From contig DASWNT010000022.1 in NCBI GenBank assembly GCA_036399095.1, positions 9,309 through 73,308 on the forward strand: 64,000 nt of DNA, read 5' to 3'. Below the pieces are notes generated by a model. It made no database searches. It was given only the letters and a program-made list of their open reading frames with translations, and had not been told where the DNA came from. This DNA is from Allosphingosinicella sp. (GTDB lineage Bacteria; Pseudomonadota; Alphaproteobacteria; Sphingomonadales; Sphingomonadaceae). Both the position numbers and the translations under genes were made by a program. Positions 19,495-28,912 of this stretch are shown here, one piece after another (position 1 is the first letter of the stretch; the number at the start of each line of letters is the position of its first letter).

Positions 19495-20112
19495 TCAATC
19501 CTCTCGCTCGCGCTCCGCCTCCAACTCATAACCGATCCGGAGCCGATCTAATTTTTCAATTTCCCGCTGAATCTTTCTTCGGGAGTGCATGCTGAACGCG
19601 CCAACAAGCACCAGAATGGCGATAGTTATTGGTGCGCGGGGGGTGTGCAGCCACACGGCCATCGCTTCCAGGACCGCCTGGGGACCTCCGCCGGTGCGGA
19701 CGCTGACCTTGAAGATGAAGGCAATCGGAACCAGCAGCGGCAGGAGCGCGAGGCCCAAGCTGTTGCGCCGCAAGGCCGCGCGCGCGTGGCGCATGCTGCT
19801 GTCAATGAACGAGGCCCGGTCGGACGTGTTCAGCGTCTTCGCCATCTGGCGAAGCGCCCGCCGTCGCCAGGTCAGCCAGCTGATCCCGATCATCAGCGGA
19901 ACCGCAAGGGTGATCGTCAGCGGACTTGCCGACACGAACGCGCCGGCGATGAAGATGCCGACCAGCGCGATGCCCGACACATATTCGAGAATGTCGAACA
20001 ACCGCCCCCGGCGCCGTGCCTTGCGCGCGTAGGAATCCATCTGTTCCTGCTCGAGCGGATCGGGGCCGTCCTGCCACAATTCGGCGAATTCATCGAAATC
20101 GGGGCGGTTCAT
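19495..20112 (-). CDS. 4-TM membrane protein, putative anti-sigma factor
   Basis: It overlaps the ECF sigma stop by 4 nt. It has an acidic cytoplasmic N-terminus, four hydrophobic helices and a charged C-terminal tail REIEKLDRLRIGYELEAERERED. No zinc (HxxxCxxC) motif. Confidence 0.55.
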   Translation of the reverse strand: MNRPDFDEFAELWQDGPDPLEQEQMDSYARKARRRGRLFDILEYVSGIALVGIFIAGAFVSASPLTITLAVPLMIGISWLTWRRRALRQMAKTLNTSDRASFIDSSMRHARAALRRNSLGLALLPLLVPIAFIFKVSVRTGGGPQAVLEAMAVWLHTPRAPITIAILVLVGAFSMHSRRKIQREIEKLDRLRIGYELEAERERED

Positions 20113-20618
20113 GAGCGCTGCTCCATGATCGACTTGAGCGTTGTCTTGGCGCGTTGACAGCGCAGCATGACGGCGTTGGCCGAAATGCCGAGGATTTGCG
20201 CCATTTCCCCGTAGCTGAAGCCTTCGAAAGCGAGCACGATCGCCTCGCGCTGCGGGATGGGCAGCAACTGGATGGAATCCACCAGCCGCTTCTTCTGGTC
20301 GTTGCGCAGCGCGATCTCGTCCGGCGGCGGGTTGGCTGAGATGAGGTCCACCGGCAGCTCCACCTGGCGCGGCTCGCGGGCGCGTTTGGTGACGTGCGAG
20401 ATGCAGCGCTTCTGGGCGATCGACGCGGCAAAGGTCTTGAGCGACGCGTCGCCGCGATAATTGTCGAGCGCGATCCAGATGGCGAGGAGGATGTCCTGGA
20501 TCAGTTCGCGGCGAAGCGCCGGATCGGCTTCGTAGGACAACGCGATGCGCCCGATGAGCCCTGTGCAGGTGGCGCTTACTTCTCCGAACAGTTGCTCTTT
20601 ACCACGATTACCCGGCAT
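20109..20618 (-). CDS. ECF-type RNA polymerase sigma-70 factor
   Basis: Region 2 (IQDILLAIWIALDNYRGDASLKTF) and region 4 HTH (FEGFSYGEMAQILGISANAVMLRCQRAK). Start is the ATG at 20618, with an alternative at 20660. Confidence 0.85.
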   Translation of the reverse strand: MPGNRGKEQLFGEVSATCTGLIGRIALSYEADPALRRELIQDILLAIWIALDNYRGDASLKTFAASIAQKRCISHVTKRAREPRQVELPVDLISANPPPDEIALRNDQKKRLVDSIQLLPIPQREAIVLAFEGFSYGEMAQILGISANAVMLRCQRAKTTLKSIMEQRS

Positions 20619-20717
20619 GAAGGCGCCGCTGGCCGGGAAGGCCGAAAGGAGAGGCTGCAAGGCCGCAATGGTTGTGCCAAAGTTTCAATGGAAGTTCGCC
20701 GTGGGGGTTTTCAGCTA

Positions 20718-21788
20718 ATGGAACGCAGTAGCCAGAATAGCGGCACAATCGAAGTGCGCAATGCGCATCGCTTCGATGCCCGGCAGCTCGAACAATGGAT
20801 GGAAAGGGAAGTGGAAGGCTTTACCGGTCCGCTTCATGTGGAGCAGTTTCGCGGCGGCCAATCCAATCCGACCTATAAACTCACGACCCCGTCCAGAAGC
20901 TATGTTCTTCGCCGCAAGCCGCCGGGAAAGCTGCTGCCCGGCGCGCATGCCGTGGACCGAGAATATCGCGTAATCAGCGCTCTTGGCGCGCAAGGTTTTC
21001 CGGTCGCGAAAGCCTTCGGCCTTTGCCTGGACGAGGCGGTGATCGGCACCGCTTTCTACATCATGGAAATGGTTGAAGGGCGTATCTTCTGGGAAGCGGA
21101 ACTGCCGCAGATTTCTACTGCGGAGCGGCCGCTTTACTTCGACGCGATGAACGCGGCGATGGCGCAGCTCCACGGCATCGATCCACACGCGGCTGGGCTG
21201 GGCGACTATGGCAAGCCGGGAAATTATTTCGAGCGGCAGATCGGCCGCTGGTCCAAGCAATATCTCGGCGATGTGGAAGCAGGACCGGTGGCGGCGATGG
21301 ACCGGCTGGTGGAATGGCTTCCGGCGAACATTCCTCCCGGGGAGGATGAAGCAAGGATCATCCACGGCGACTTTCGCTGCGACAATATGATCTTCCATCC
21401 CACCGAGCCGAAGGTGCTTGCGGTGCTGGATTGGGAGCTGTCCACGCTCGGCCACCCCCTCGCCGACTTCAGCTACCACCTGATGATGTACCGGATGCCG
21501 GCGGGGATCACGACGGGACTTGCGGGGCTCGATCTGCGGGCACTGAACATCCCGAGCGAAGAGGAATATGTCGCGGCCTACTGCCGCCGCACCGGGCGCG
21601 AGGGAATTCCGCACCTCGATTTCTACATCGCCTTCAACCTGTTCCGCCTGTCGGCGATCGTGCACGGCATCAAGGGACGCCTGGCGCGCGGCACCGCCGC
21701 GTCGGCGCATGCGGACAAAATGGCGGCAAGCCTCGAGGGCCTCGCCGGCCTCGCCTGGGAGCAAGCGAGAAAAGCGGGGGCGCGCTAG
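20718..21788 (+). CDS. phosphotransferase (APH/choline-kinase-like) family protein
   Basis: Motifs QFRGGQSNPTYKL, IIHGDFRCDNMIF (HxDxxxxN) and VLDWELSTLGHP. Confidence 0.8.
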   Translation: MERSSQNSGTIEVRNAHRFDARQLEQWMEREVEGFTGPLHVEQFRGGQSNPTYKLTTPSRSYVLRRKPPGKLLPGAHAVDREYRVISALGAQGFPVAKAFGLCLDEAVIGTAFYIMEMVEGRIFWEAELPQISTAERPLYFDAMNAAMAQLHGIDPHAAGLGDYGKPGNYFERQIGRWSKQYLGDVEAGPVAAMDRLVEWLPANIPPGEDEARIIHGDFRCDNMIFHPTEPKVLAVLDWELSTLGHPLADFSYHLMMYRMPAGITTGLAGLDLRALNIPSEEEYVAAYCRRTGREGIPHLDFYIAFNLFRLSAIVHGIKGRLARGTAASAHADKMAASLEGLAGLAWEQARKAGAR

Positions 21789-21804
21789 GCACCCCCGCCT
21801 CTTC

Positions 21805-23979
21805 TTACTTCACTGGAAAGCCGCGCTTGCGCATCAACGCCTTCACGTCCGGGTCACGGCCGCGGAAGGCGCGGTAGGCTTCGGCGCGGTCGGTTTCGTT
21901 GCCGGTCGACAGCAAGGTCTGGCGGAAACGGTCCGCCGTCGCCTTGTCGAACGGATTGCCCGTTTCCTCGAACGCCGCCCAGGTGTCGGCATCCATGGTT
22001 TCCGACCACAGGTAGGAATAATAGCCGGCCGAGTAAGCGTCGGACGAGAAGAGGTGATTGAACTGCGGCAAGCGGTGCCGCATCACCATCTCCTTGGGCA
22101 TGCCGATCTTGGCAAGCGCGTCCCGCTCGAACTTGTCGGGATCGACAACGCCGCTCGGATCCATGTGCAGCATCATGTCGACGATGGCCGACGACAGATA
22201 CTCAACCGTGGCGAAGCCCTGGTTGAAGGTGGACGCCTTCTCGATCTTCTCGATCAGCGCCGCCGGCATCGGCTGGCCCGTCTTGTAATGCTTGGCGAAG
22301 CGGCTGAGCACCGGCTGGGTGAGCAGCCAATTCTCGTTCACCTGGCTTGGATATTCCACAAAGTCCCGCGGCGTGCCGCCGAAGCTCGGATAATAGACAT
22401 CCGACAGGAAGTAATGAATGGCGTGGCCGAATTCGTGGAACAGGGTCTCGGCGTCGTCGAGGCTGATCAGCACCGGCTGACCCGGCGCCGGCTTGACGAA
22501 ATTGTTGTTGTTGGAACCGAGCACGATCTTGTCGTCGAGCAAGCCGGCGCGGCTGCGGTAGGTGGTCGCCCAGGCGCCTGAGCGCTTGCCGGTGCGGGCA
22601 TAATCGTCGCGGTAGAAGACGCCGAGCTGCTCCCCGGTGCCGCGCTTGGTCACCGAATAGGTGCGGATGTCCGGGTTCCAGACGGGAATGGTGCCGGTGA
22701 TTTCCTTGAAATCGAGGCCGTACAGCTCACCGGCCGCCCAGTAGGACGCTTCGATGATGTTGTTCAGCTCGAAATAGGGTTTCACCTCTTCCTGGGTGAG
22801 GTTGTAGCGCTGGGCGCGGACCTTTTCCTGATAGTAGCGATAATCCCACGGCTCGATGGTGAGCTTCGGATCGGTCTTGCGGGCAAGCGCCTGCATGTCC
22901 GCGACCTCTTCCTTCACCCGGCCGACGGCGGCGGGCCAGACGCCCATCATCAGCTCCTGGGCACGCGCCGGCGTCTTGGCCATCGTGTCCTGCATGCGGA
23001 AGTCGGCATGGCTCGAGAAGCCGAGCAGCTTTGCGCGGTCGGCGCGAAGCTTGACGATCTCGGCGATGGTCTGGTTGGTGTCGTTGGCGCCGCCGTTGTC
23101 GCCGCGGTTGACGAAGGCGTTCCAAACCCGCTGACGAAGCGCGCGATTGTCCGCATAGGTCAGGATCGGATCCACGGCCGAACGGGTGTTGACGATGGCG
23201 TAGACGTCGGCGGGAAGGTTGCGCTCCTTGGCGGCGGCTTTTGCGGCATCCTTCACGTCCTGCGGCACGCCCTTCATCTCCGCTTCGTTGGCGGCGATGT
23301 GGGTGCTTTCGTCGGCAAGAACCTTTTCGCTAAAGGTCGCGAACTTGGAGGCGAGCTGCGAATTGTAGGCGGAAAGCTGCTGCTTCTGCGCTTCGTCGAG
23401 GTTGGCGCCGCGGCGGGCGAAGCTTTCGTAGAGGCGGGTAACCAGCCGCTGCTGCTTGGCATCGAGGTTGGACGTCTCGCGGGCTTCGTAGACCGACTTG
23501 ATCCGTGCAAAGAGCTTCGGGTTGAGCGTGATCTCGTCCGACGCGGCGGAGAGCTTGGGCGACCACTCCTTGTCGAGTGCCTGATACGCCGGCGTCGCCA
23601 TGTTGCTGGTCATGACGCCGAACAGCGACAGCACGCGATCGAGCCGTTCGCCGACCTTTTCCAGCGCTTCCACCGTGTTGGCGAAGGTCGGTGCGGCGGG
23701 GTTGTCGATGATCGCCATCACTTCGCGGCGCTGTTCGTCGATGCCGAACTGGATTGCTTCGGGAAACAGCTCGGGCGTCACCTTGTCCCACGGCGGCACC
23801 CCGTCATAGGGGCCGGTCCAGTCGGCGAGCAGGATGTTGTTCGGCACCGCCGGCGCGGCGGCGGCGGGCGCGGCGGGCGCGGGCTCGCCGGCCGAGACAT
23901 CGGCGGCGACGGCGTTGTCGGTGGTGGTGCAGCCGGCAAGCGCAACGGCGGCGGCGGAAGCGAAGAGCAATGCCTTCAA
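21805..23979 (-). CDS. dcp: M3-family peptidyl-dipeptidase (Dcp-like), lipoprotein
   Basis: Zinc motif LFHEFGHAIHYF. The likely start is TTG 23979, preceded by AGGAG, giving MKALLFASAAAVALAGC (lipobox). The ORF-track start at 24009 is a GTG. Confidence 0.85.
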   Translation of the reverse strand: MKALLFASAAAVALAGCTTTDNAVAADVSAGEPAPAAPAAAAPAVPNNILLADWTGPYDGVPPWDKVTPELFPEAIQFGIDEQRREVMAIIDNPAAPTFANTVEALEKVGERLDRVLSLFGVMTSNMATPAYQALDKEWSPKLSAASDEITLNPKLFARIKSVYEARETSNLDAKQQRLVTRLYESFARRGANLDEAQKQQLSAYNSQLASKFATFSEKVLADESTHIAANEAEMKGVPQDVKDAAKAAAKERNLPADVYAIVNTRSAVDPILTYADNRALRQRVWNAFVNRGDNGGANDTNQTIAEIVKLRADRAKLLGFSSHADFRMQDTMAKTPARAQELMMGVWPAAVGRVKEEVADMQALARKTDPKLTIEPWDYRYYQEKVRAQRYNLTQEEVKPYFELNNIIEASYWAAGELYGLDFKEITGTIPVWNPDIRTYSVTKRGTGEQLGVFYRDDYARTGKRSGAWATTYRSRAGLLDDKIVLGSNNNNFVKPAPGQPVLISLDDAETLFHEFGHAIHYFLSDVYYPSFGGTPRDFVEYPSQVNENWLLTQPVLSRFAKHYKTGQPMPAALIEKIEKASTFNQGFATVEYLSSAIVDMMLHMDPSGVVDPDKFERDALAKIGMPKEMVMRHRLPQFNHLFSSDAYSAGYYSYLWSETMDADTWAAFEETGNPFDKATADRFRQTLLSTGNETDRAEAYRAFRGRDPDVKALMRKRGFPVK

Positions 23980-24109
23980 GTGCGGATACTCCTGAAAAGG
24001 ATGGCGCACGCGGGCGCGGCGCCTCGTTGACGGCCTCTCTATAGGAGCGCGCCTTAACCATCAGCAACAGACGGTTTTTGCGCGTTTCGCGTGGGTGCTC
24101 GCGGCGAAG

Positions 24110-24841
24110 CTAAGCGGCGGCGCGGCTGAGCCGTTCGAGCAAGCGGGCGCGGGCGTCGAGCACGTCCGCCTGCCGCTCGATCAGCAAGTCGCGGGCTAGG
24201 AAGTGGCCGGTGATCCGGAAGCCGGCATGGATGTCCGCCCACCCCGCCGCGCCGCCGGCGAGCAGGAAAGGCGGCAGGGCAAAGAGCTGGGCGCGGTAGG
24301 GCTCGCCCGCCCCGGCGCTGACCGCGCGGCCGCTTTTGGGGCTGACGAAAGCGAGATCCTCTTCCGCACCCGTGGCGGCGCACTCGGAGAGATCGAGCCC
24401 GAAGCCGAGTTCGGCCAGCACCAGCAGCTCGAAACGCACAAGTGCCGCCGCCCAGTGGCGGGCGGAGGGGGCGGCGTCGATTGCCGAGAGCAGCCCGTCC
24501 AGGGCTTCGAACAGCCGCGGATAGGCCTGGCCTTCGGGCAAGGCGGCGGCGGTAAGGGCGGTGGACCATTCAAGCGCCGCGGCGGGGAGCGGTTCGGAGT
24601 GCAAGGCCGCGCGGCTGGCGGTGAGTTCCAGCGTCAGGTGGGGGAGCTGGTCTTCGGTGCGGGCGCGATATTCGGCGTGGACGAGGTTGCCGGGCATCAG
24701 CACCGGGCGCAGGCGGCGGGAGCGACCGCCGCGGACGTAGCCGGCCTGGATGCCGTCGCCCGGCGTCAGGGCGCGGACAATGGCGCCATGCTCGCCGTGG
24801 CTCCGCACCGCGCAGATAATGGCTTGGGTTTCGAGCCGCAT
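24110..24841 (-). CDS. recO: DNA repair protein RecO
   Basis: [26 protein letters not shown] is the N-terminal OB fold. Length and layout are typical of alphaproteobacterial RecO. Confidence 0.85.
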   Translation of the reverse strand: MRLETQAIICAVRSHGEHGAIVRALTPGDGIQAGYVRGGRSRRLRPVLMPGNLVHAEYRARTEDQLPHLTLELTASRAALHSEPLPAAALEWSTALTAAALPEGQAYPRLFEALDGLLSAIDAAPSARHWAAALVRFELLVLAELGFGLDLSECAATGAEEDLAFVSPKSGRAVSAGAGEPYRAQLFALPPFLLAGGAAGWADIHAGFRITGHFLARDLLIERQADVLDARARLLERLSRAAA

Positions 24842-24854
24842 GGCCCCACGCCTA

Positions 24855-25757
24855 TCAGCGCCGGAAGCGGCGGGCGAGGCTTTCGAGGTTGAGCCGCTTC
24901 AGCAGCGCCTTGGTGCCTTCGATGCCGCCGTCAAAGGCTGCGAGCGACCAGGCGGCGAGGAGGTTGGCGGGTGTGCGGCGGAGCAGGAGGAGATCGACGC
25001 ACTCGACTTCGCCGGTGGAGAAGAGGCGTTTGTGCTGCCCCTCCCCTTCGGTGAAATCGAACAGCGCGAAGCGGCCTTCATCCATCAACTGCCGCATCGC
25101 CTCGTACTGAAGCACGCTGCCGGGCGAGAGATCGGCATGCTCAGGGTCATAGCCGAGATGGGCGTAGATCAGGGTCTCGCCGTCGGCCGGGGCGTAGAGG
25201 TAAGCGATCGGCCGCGCGTCCAGAAACAGGATCCAGCCGCGCATCGCGTCGCGGGCGGCGAGCGCCTGCATCGCGGCCAGCGCGGCGTCGCCTTCGGGCA
25301 GGCCGGCGCGCAGCAGGCGTTCCTGGTAGGTGAGCGCGGAAACGGCGCGGGCGTGGCGGTAGAATTCGACGACTTCGTTTGGCGAGCGGTAGCAGCGCAG
25401 GTCGGCATCGCCGCCGGAGCGCTCCGCAAGCTTGCGCACCTTGCGCTTCAGCGTCGAGCGGCTCTTGGACGACAGGGTGCCCAGCCAATGATCGAAGCCG
25501 CGGCCAAGCTCCGCATAAAAGCGGCGGTAGCGCTGGCGGATGAAGGGCTTGAGCTGCGGGTGCCGGGCCAGGAGCGGCGGCAAAGCTTCGGCGGGAAGCG
25601 AGGCGATCAGGTAGCCGTCGCCGTCGCTTTGCGGGAGGGCGGGCACGCTGCCTTTACGCGCCTGTTCCAGCGGCACGGTGACCCGAAGCAGGCGGCGGCG
25701 CACCTGCCACAGGGTGCGGGTGCCGACCCTGAAGGGGAGGGAAATGGCGGCGGTCAC
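24855..25757 (-). CDS. GNAT acetyltransferase, CelD/BioF2-like
   Basis: [13 protein letters not shown]...[31 protein letters not shown] matches the CelD-like family. The GTG at 25757 overlaps the upstream stop (GTGA). The alternative start is 25787. Confidence 0.65.
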   Translation of the reverse strand: MTAAISLPFRVGTRTLWQVRRRLLRVTVPLEQARKGSVPALPQSDGDGYLIASLPAEALPPLLARHPQLKPFIRQRYRRFYAELGRGFDHWLGTLSSKSRSTLKRKVRKLAERSGGDADLRCYRSPNEVVEFYRHARAVSALTYQERLLRAGLPEGDAALAAMQALAARDAMRGWILFLDARPIAYLYAPADGETLIYAHLGYDPEHADLSPGSVLQYEAMRQLMDEGRFALFDFTEGEGQHKRLFSTGEVECVDLLLLRRTPANLLAAWSLAAFDGGIEGTKALLKRLNLESLARRFRR

Positions 25758-26704
25758 AGCGCCCGCTCGTAGACCGCGTTCGACCATACCTGCTGCGCCA
25801 CCCGCCGCGCGGTGCGCAGGCGGCGGGCGGGAAGCGGGCGGGCTTGGGCGTCGAGCGGAAGTTCGCCGAGCGAGTCGAAACGCGCGGTCGGAAAGCGCTC
25901 GCGGTGCCGGCCGAGGAAGGCGCAGAGCTTTTCGAAGCGGCGGGCGAGCGTGCGGTTTGGCCGGGCGCCGTCCCTGCTTGCGAATTCGAAGCTGTGGCTG
26001 ACGATGTTGACGAGCGGGTGCCCCTCAGCCTCGGCGTGGAGCAAAGCGGCCTCGATTTCCTCGGAAGAGACGGCGCAGAATTGCATCGGGCGCAAGTGGC
26101 CGGGAGCGTCCTCGATCTGGGTGACCGGCACTTCGATGATCCCTCCGAGCCGCACCGGCGCGAGCGCGGCGGGGTCGAGCGGCAGGTCGCTCGGCCAGGG
26201 ATGTTCGCTGCCGTTGTGGCTGCTGTCGTAAGCGATGCCGTTGGCGGCGAGCGCGGCCAGCGTGTCCATGTTCGCCGCGAAGCTGCCCGAGCGAAAGGCA
26301 ACGGGCGGCGGCGCGCCGGCCTCGATGAGGAGCTGACGGGCGCGGGCGATCATCGCCTGCTGCTCGACGGCGGAGAAGCCGGTGAGTTCGAACCCCTCCC
26401 CGTTAGGATTGCCGGCGGCGACGCTTTGCCAGCAGGGGTGGAGGTGGAGCTGCACCTCCTGCCCGACGGCGAGGATCGGCTCGACCATCGCACGGATCGG
26501 ACCGAGTCCGTAAACCTCCGCCGGCATCGGATCGACGAAGAAGCAGGCGGAGAGGCCGTGGCCCGCGAGGAGATCGAGCTGCCACGGCACGCCGACACCC
26601 GCCGGATCGAACGACAAGGCGACATTCTCCCGCCAGGTCGCGCCGGCGGCATAATGGCGCCAGCGCAATTCGGTATCGACGGTGATGAGGACGCGGGTGG
26701 GCAT
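25754..26704 (-). CDS. polysaccharide deacetylase family protein
   Basis: MPTRVLITVDTE... with HLHPCW and VSHSFEF His motifs, as expected for the NodB-like/DUF2334 type deacetylase fold. Confidence 0.65.
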   Translation of the reverse strand: MPTRVLITVDTELRWRHYAAGATWRENVALSFDPAGVGVPWQLDLLAGHGLSACFFVDPMPAEVYGLGPIRAMVEPILAVGQEVQLHLHPCWQSVAAGNPNGEGFELTGFSAVEQQAMIARARQLLIEAGAPPPVAFRSGSFAANMDTLAALAANGIAYDSSHNGSEHPWPSDLPLDPAALAPVRLGGIIEVPVTQIEDAPGHLRPMQFCAVSSEEIEAALLHAEAEGHPLVNIVSHSFEFASRDGARPNRTLARRFEKLCAFLGRHRERFPTARFDSLGELPLDAQARPLPARRLRTARRVAQQVWSNAVYERAL

Positions 26705-26716
26705 GTCCCGACCCGC

Positions 26717-28639
26717 TTAACCGCTTGGATGAAAATAATCGTAAATGGAGCGCGCCATTGCCTTTGAGATGCCGGGCGCTTTTTCCAGGTCTTCGAGCGC
26801 GGCGCCTTTGACCGCTTTGGCGGTGCCGAAGTGCATCAGAAGGGCGCGCTTGCGGCCGGGGCCGATGCCGGGGACCTCGTCGAGGGGCGAGGCGGCCATC
26901 GACTTCGAGCGCTTCTGGCGGTGGGCGCCGATCGCGAACCGGTGTGCTTCGTCGCGCAGGCGCTGAAGGTAGAAGAGCACCGGCGAGTTGGGCGGGAGCT
27001 GGAAATCGCGCCCGCCGGGCAGGTGCATCGTCTCGCGGCCGGCGTTGCGATCGGGGCCCTTGGAGATGCCGACCACCGGCACGTCATGGATACCGGCGCA
27101 TTCCAGCGTTTCCAGCACCGCGCCGAGCTGGCCCTTGCCGCCGTCGATCAGGAGGAGGTCCGGCCACTCGCCGCGGCTCCGGTCCGGATCCTCCGTCTCA
27201 AGCCGGGCGAAGCGGCGGCCGAGCACTTCGCGCATCATCGCGAAATCGTCGCCCGGTGCCGTCTCCGGGCGCTTGATGTTGAACTTGCGATACTGGTTCT
27301 TGAGGAAGCCCTCCGGCCCCGCCACGATCATTGCGCCGACCGCGTTCGAGCCCATGACGTGGCTGTTGTCGTAGACCTCGATGCGTTGCGGCGGTTCGGA
27401 GAGTTCGAACATCTCGGCCAGCGCGCGCAGGTTCTTGGCCTGGGTGCTGGTTTCCGCGAGGTGGCGGTCGAGCTCCTCCTGGGCGTTGCGCGAGGCCTGC
27501 GCCATCATCCGGACCTGGTCGCCGCGCTTGGGGACCTTGAGCGTCACCTTGCGCTCGGCGCGCTCGCCAAGCGCCTCGGCGACCAGCTCCGCTTCCGGAA
27601 CCTCGCGGTCGAGCAGCACCAGCTTGGGCGGCGGCACTTCCTCGTAGAATTGCATCAGGAACGCGGCGAGAACTTCCTCTTCGGCGAGGTCGGCGGTGTG
27701 GGCGGGAAAGAAGCTGCGGTGCCCCCAGTTATTGCCGCCGCGGATGAAGAAGGCCTGGATGCAGACGGTGCCGCCCTTGCAGGCGAGCGCGAAGATGTCG
27801 GCGTCGCCGAGACCTTCGGCGGCGATCGTCTGGGTGCCCTGGATGAAGGTCAGCGAGCGGAGGCGGTCGCGGTAAAGCGCGGCAAGCTCGAAATCCATTT
27901 TCTCGGCCGCTTCCTGCATGGCGGCGGACAACTTCTGCTGCACCTTGGTGGATTTACCGGCGAGATAGTCCTTCGCGTCCGAGACCAGTTCGGCATAGCC
28001 GTCCGCGTCGATGCGGCCGACGCAAGGCGCCGAGCAGCGCTTGATCTGGTACAGGAGGCAAGGGCGCTTGCGGGTGGCCAGAAAGGTGTCGGAGCAGCTT
28101 CGCAGCAGGAACAGCTTCTGAAGCGCGTTCAGCGTCTTGGTGACGGAGCCTGCGCTTGCAAACGGCCCGTAATAAGAGCCCTTGAAGCGCCGGGCGCCGC
28201 GATGCTTGCGGACCTGGGCGAACTGGTGGTCCTCGCGGAGCAGGATGAAGGGGAAGCTTTTGTCGTCACGTAAGAGCACGTTGTAGGGCGGGCGGTAGCG
28301 CTTGATGAGCTGCGCTTCGAGCAGCAGCGCCTCCGCCTCGGTGTTGGTGGTGACGATCTGCATGGAGCGCGTCTGCGCAACCATGCGCTGGAGGCGCTTG
28401 GTCAGCCGCGAAACCTGCGTGTAGTTCGTCACCCGGTTGCGAAGCGCGCGCGCCTTGCCGACGTAGAGCACGTCGCCCTTTAAATCGAGCATCCGGTAGA
28501 CGCCGGGTCGCACCGGCAGAGTCTTCACCACCGAACGGATGGCGAGCACCCCCGCCTCCAGATCCGGCAGATCGCTGCCGCGGACGGTGAAAGCGCTCTT
28601 TTCTTCGTTGAAGCGGTCGGTGGGCGGTGTTTCGGTCAC
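26717..28639 (-). CDS. uvrC: excinuclease ABC subunit C
   Basis: GIY-YIG block GVYRMLDLKGDVLYVGKA, a UVR domain, and a C-terminal endonuclease plus HhH2 (GIGPGRKRALLMHFG). Confidence 0.94.
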   Translation of the reverse strand: MTETPPTDRFNEEKSAFTVRGSDLPDLEAGVLAIRSVVKTLPVRPGVYRMLDLKGDVLYVGKARALRNRVTNYTQVSRLTKRLQRMVAQTRSMQIVTTNTEAEALLLEAQLIKRYRPPYNVLLRDDKSFPFILLREDHQFAQVRKHRGARRFKGSYYGPFASAGSVTKTLNALQKLFLLRSCSDTFLATRKRPCLLYQIKRCSAPCVGRIDADGYAELVSDAKDYLAGKSTKVQQKLSAAMQEAAEKMDFELAALYRDRLRSLTFIQGTQTIAAEGLGDADIFALACKGGTVCIQAFFIRGGNNWGHRSFFPAHTADLAEEEVLAAFLMQFYEEVPPPKLVLLDREVPEAELVAEALGERAERKVTLKVPKRGDQVRMMAQASRNAQEELDRHLAETSTQAKNLRALAEMFELSEPPQRIEVYDNSHVMGSNAVGAMIVAGPEGFLKNQYRKFNIKRPETAPGDDFAMMREVLGRRFARLETEDPDRSRGEWPDLLLIDGGKGQLGAVLETLECAGIHDVPVVGISKGPDRNAGRETMHLPGGRDFQLPPNSPVLFYLQRLRDEAHRFAIGAHRQKRSKSMAASPLDEVPGIGPGRKRALLMHFGTAKAVKGAALEDLEKAPGISKAMARSIYDYFHPSG

Positions 28640-28912
28640 GGCTGGTCATCTAGGGACGCGAGCGGCGGGAGGCCAGAGTGGGCCGAGTCGCGGCGGGCGC
28701 CAAGGCGCTGAAAAGCGACGGTTCGCCGCGAAAGGTCCCAATGTTCCCACTCGTGACGCGGATCGACTCCGTTTTCGCCCCTCCCCGCGCGCTCGGGCGT
28801 CAGATTTGACGGCGGAGAAGAGGCTGGTGCGCAATCCATTCCTCGACTGGATCAGACGAAATCCTATTTTGGAAGCGGGTTTGTCCCTCCCGAGCCTTGG
28901 AGCGTTCATCGT

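Noticed and set aside
3368-20660. Considered whether tRNA-Arg or tRNA-Cys marks a genomic-island insertion carrying the ECF/peptide locus
   Set aside because: I found no integrase, no direct repeat of either tRNA 3' end, and no obvious compositional break. Housekeeping genes (hemB, valS, glcB) lie in between.
19400-20717. Possible shared ECF promoter: TTGAATCCACAACTTACGCG upstream of the peptide operon versus TTGAAACTTTGGCACAACCATTGCGG upstream of the sigma gene
   Set aside because: Both contain TTGAA(A/T)C and CACAAC words, but the spacing between them differs by 5 nt. Neither fits a clean GGAAC-N16/17-CGT ECF consensus. This is too weak to call without transcript mapping.
28640-28912. Searched the uvrC / TonB-like divergent intergenic region for an alphaproteobacterial LexA box (GTTC-N7-GTTC)
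   Set aside because: Only a half-match was found (GTTCCCACTCGTGAC). There is no second GTTC at the right spacing.
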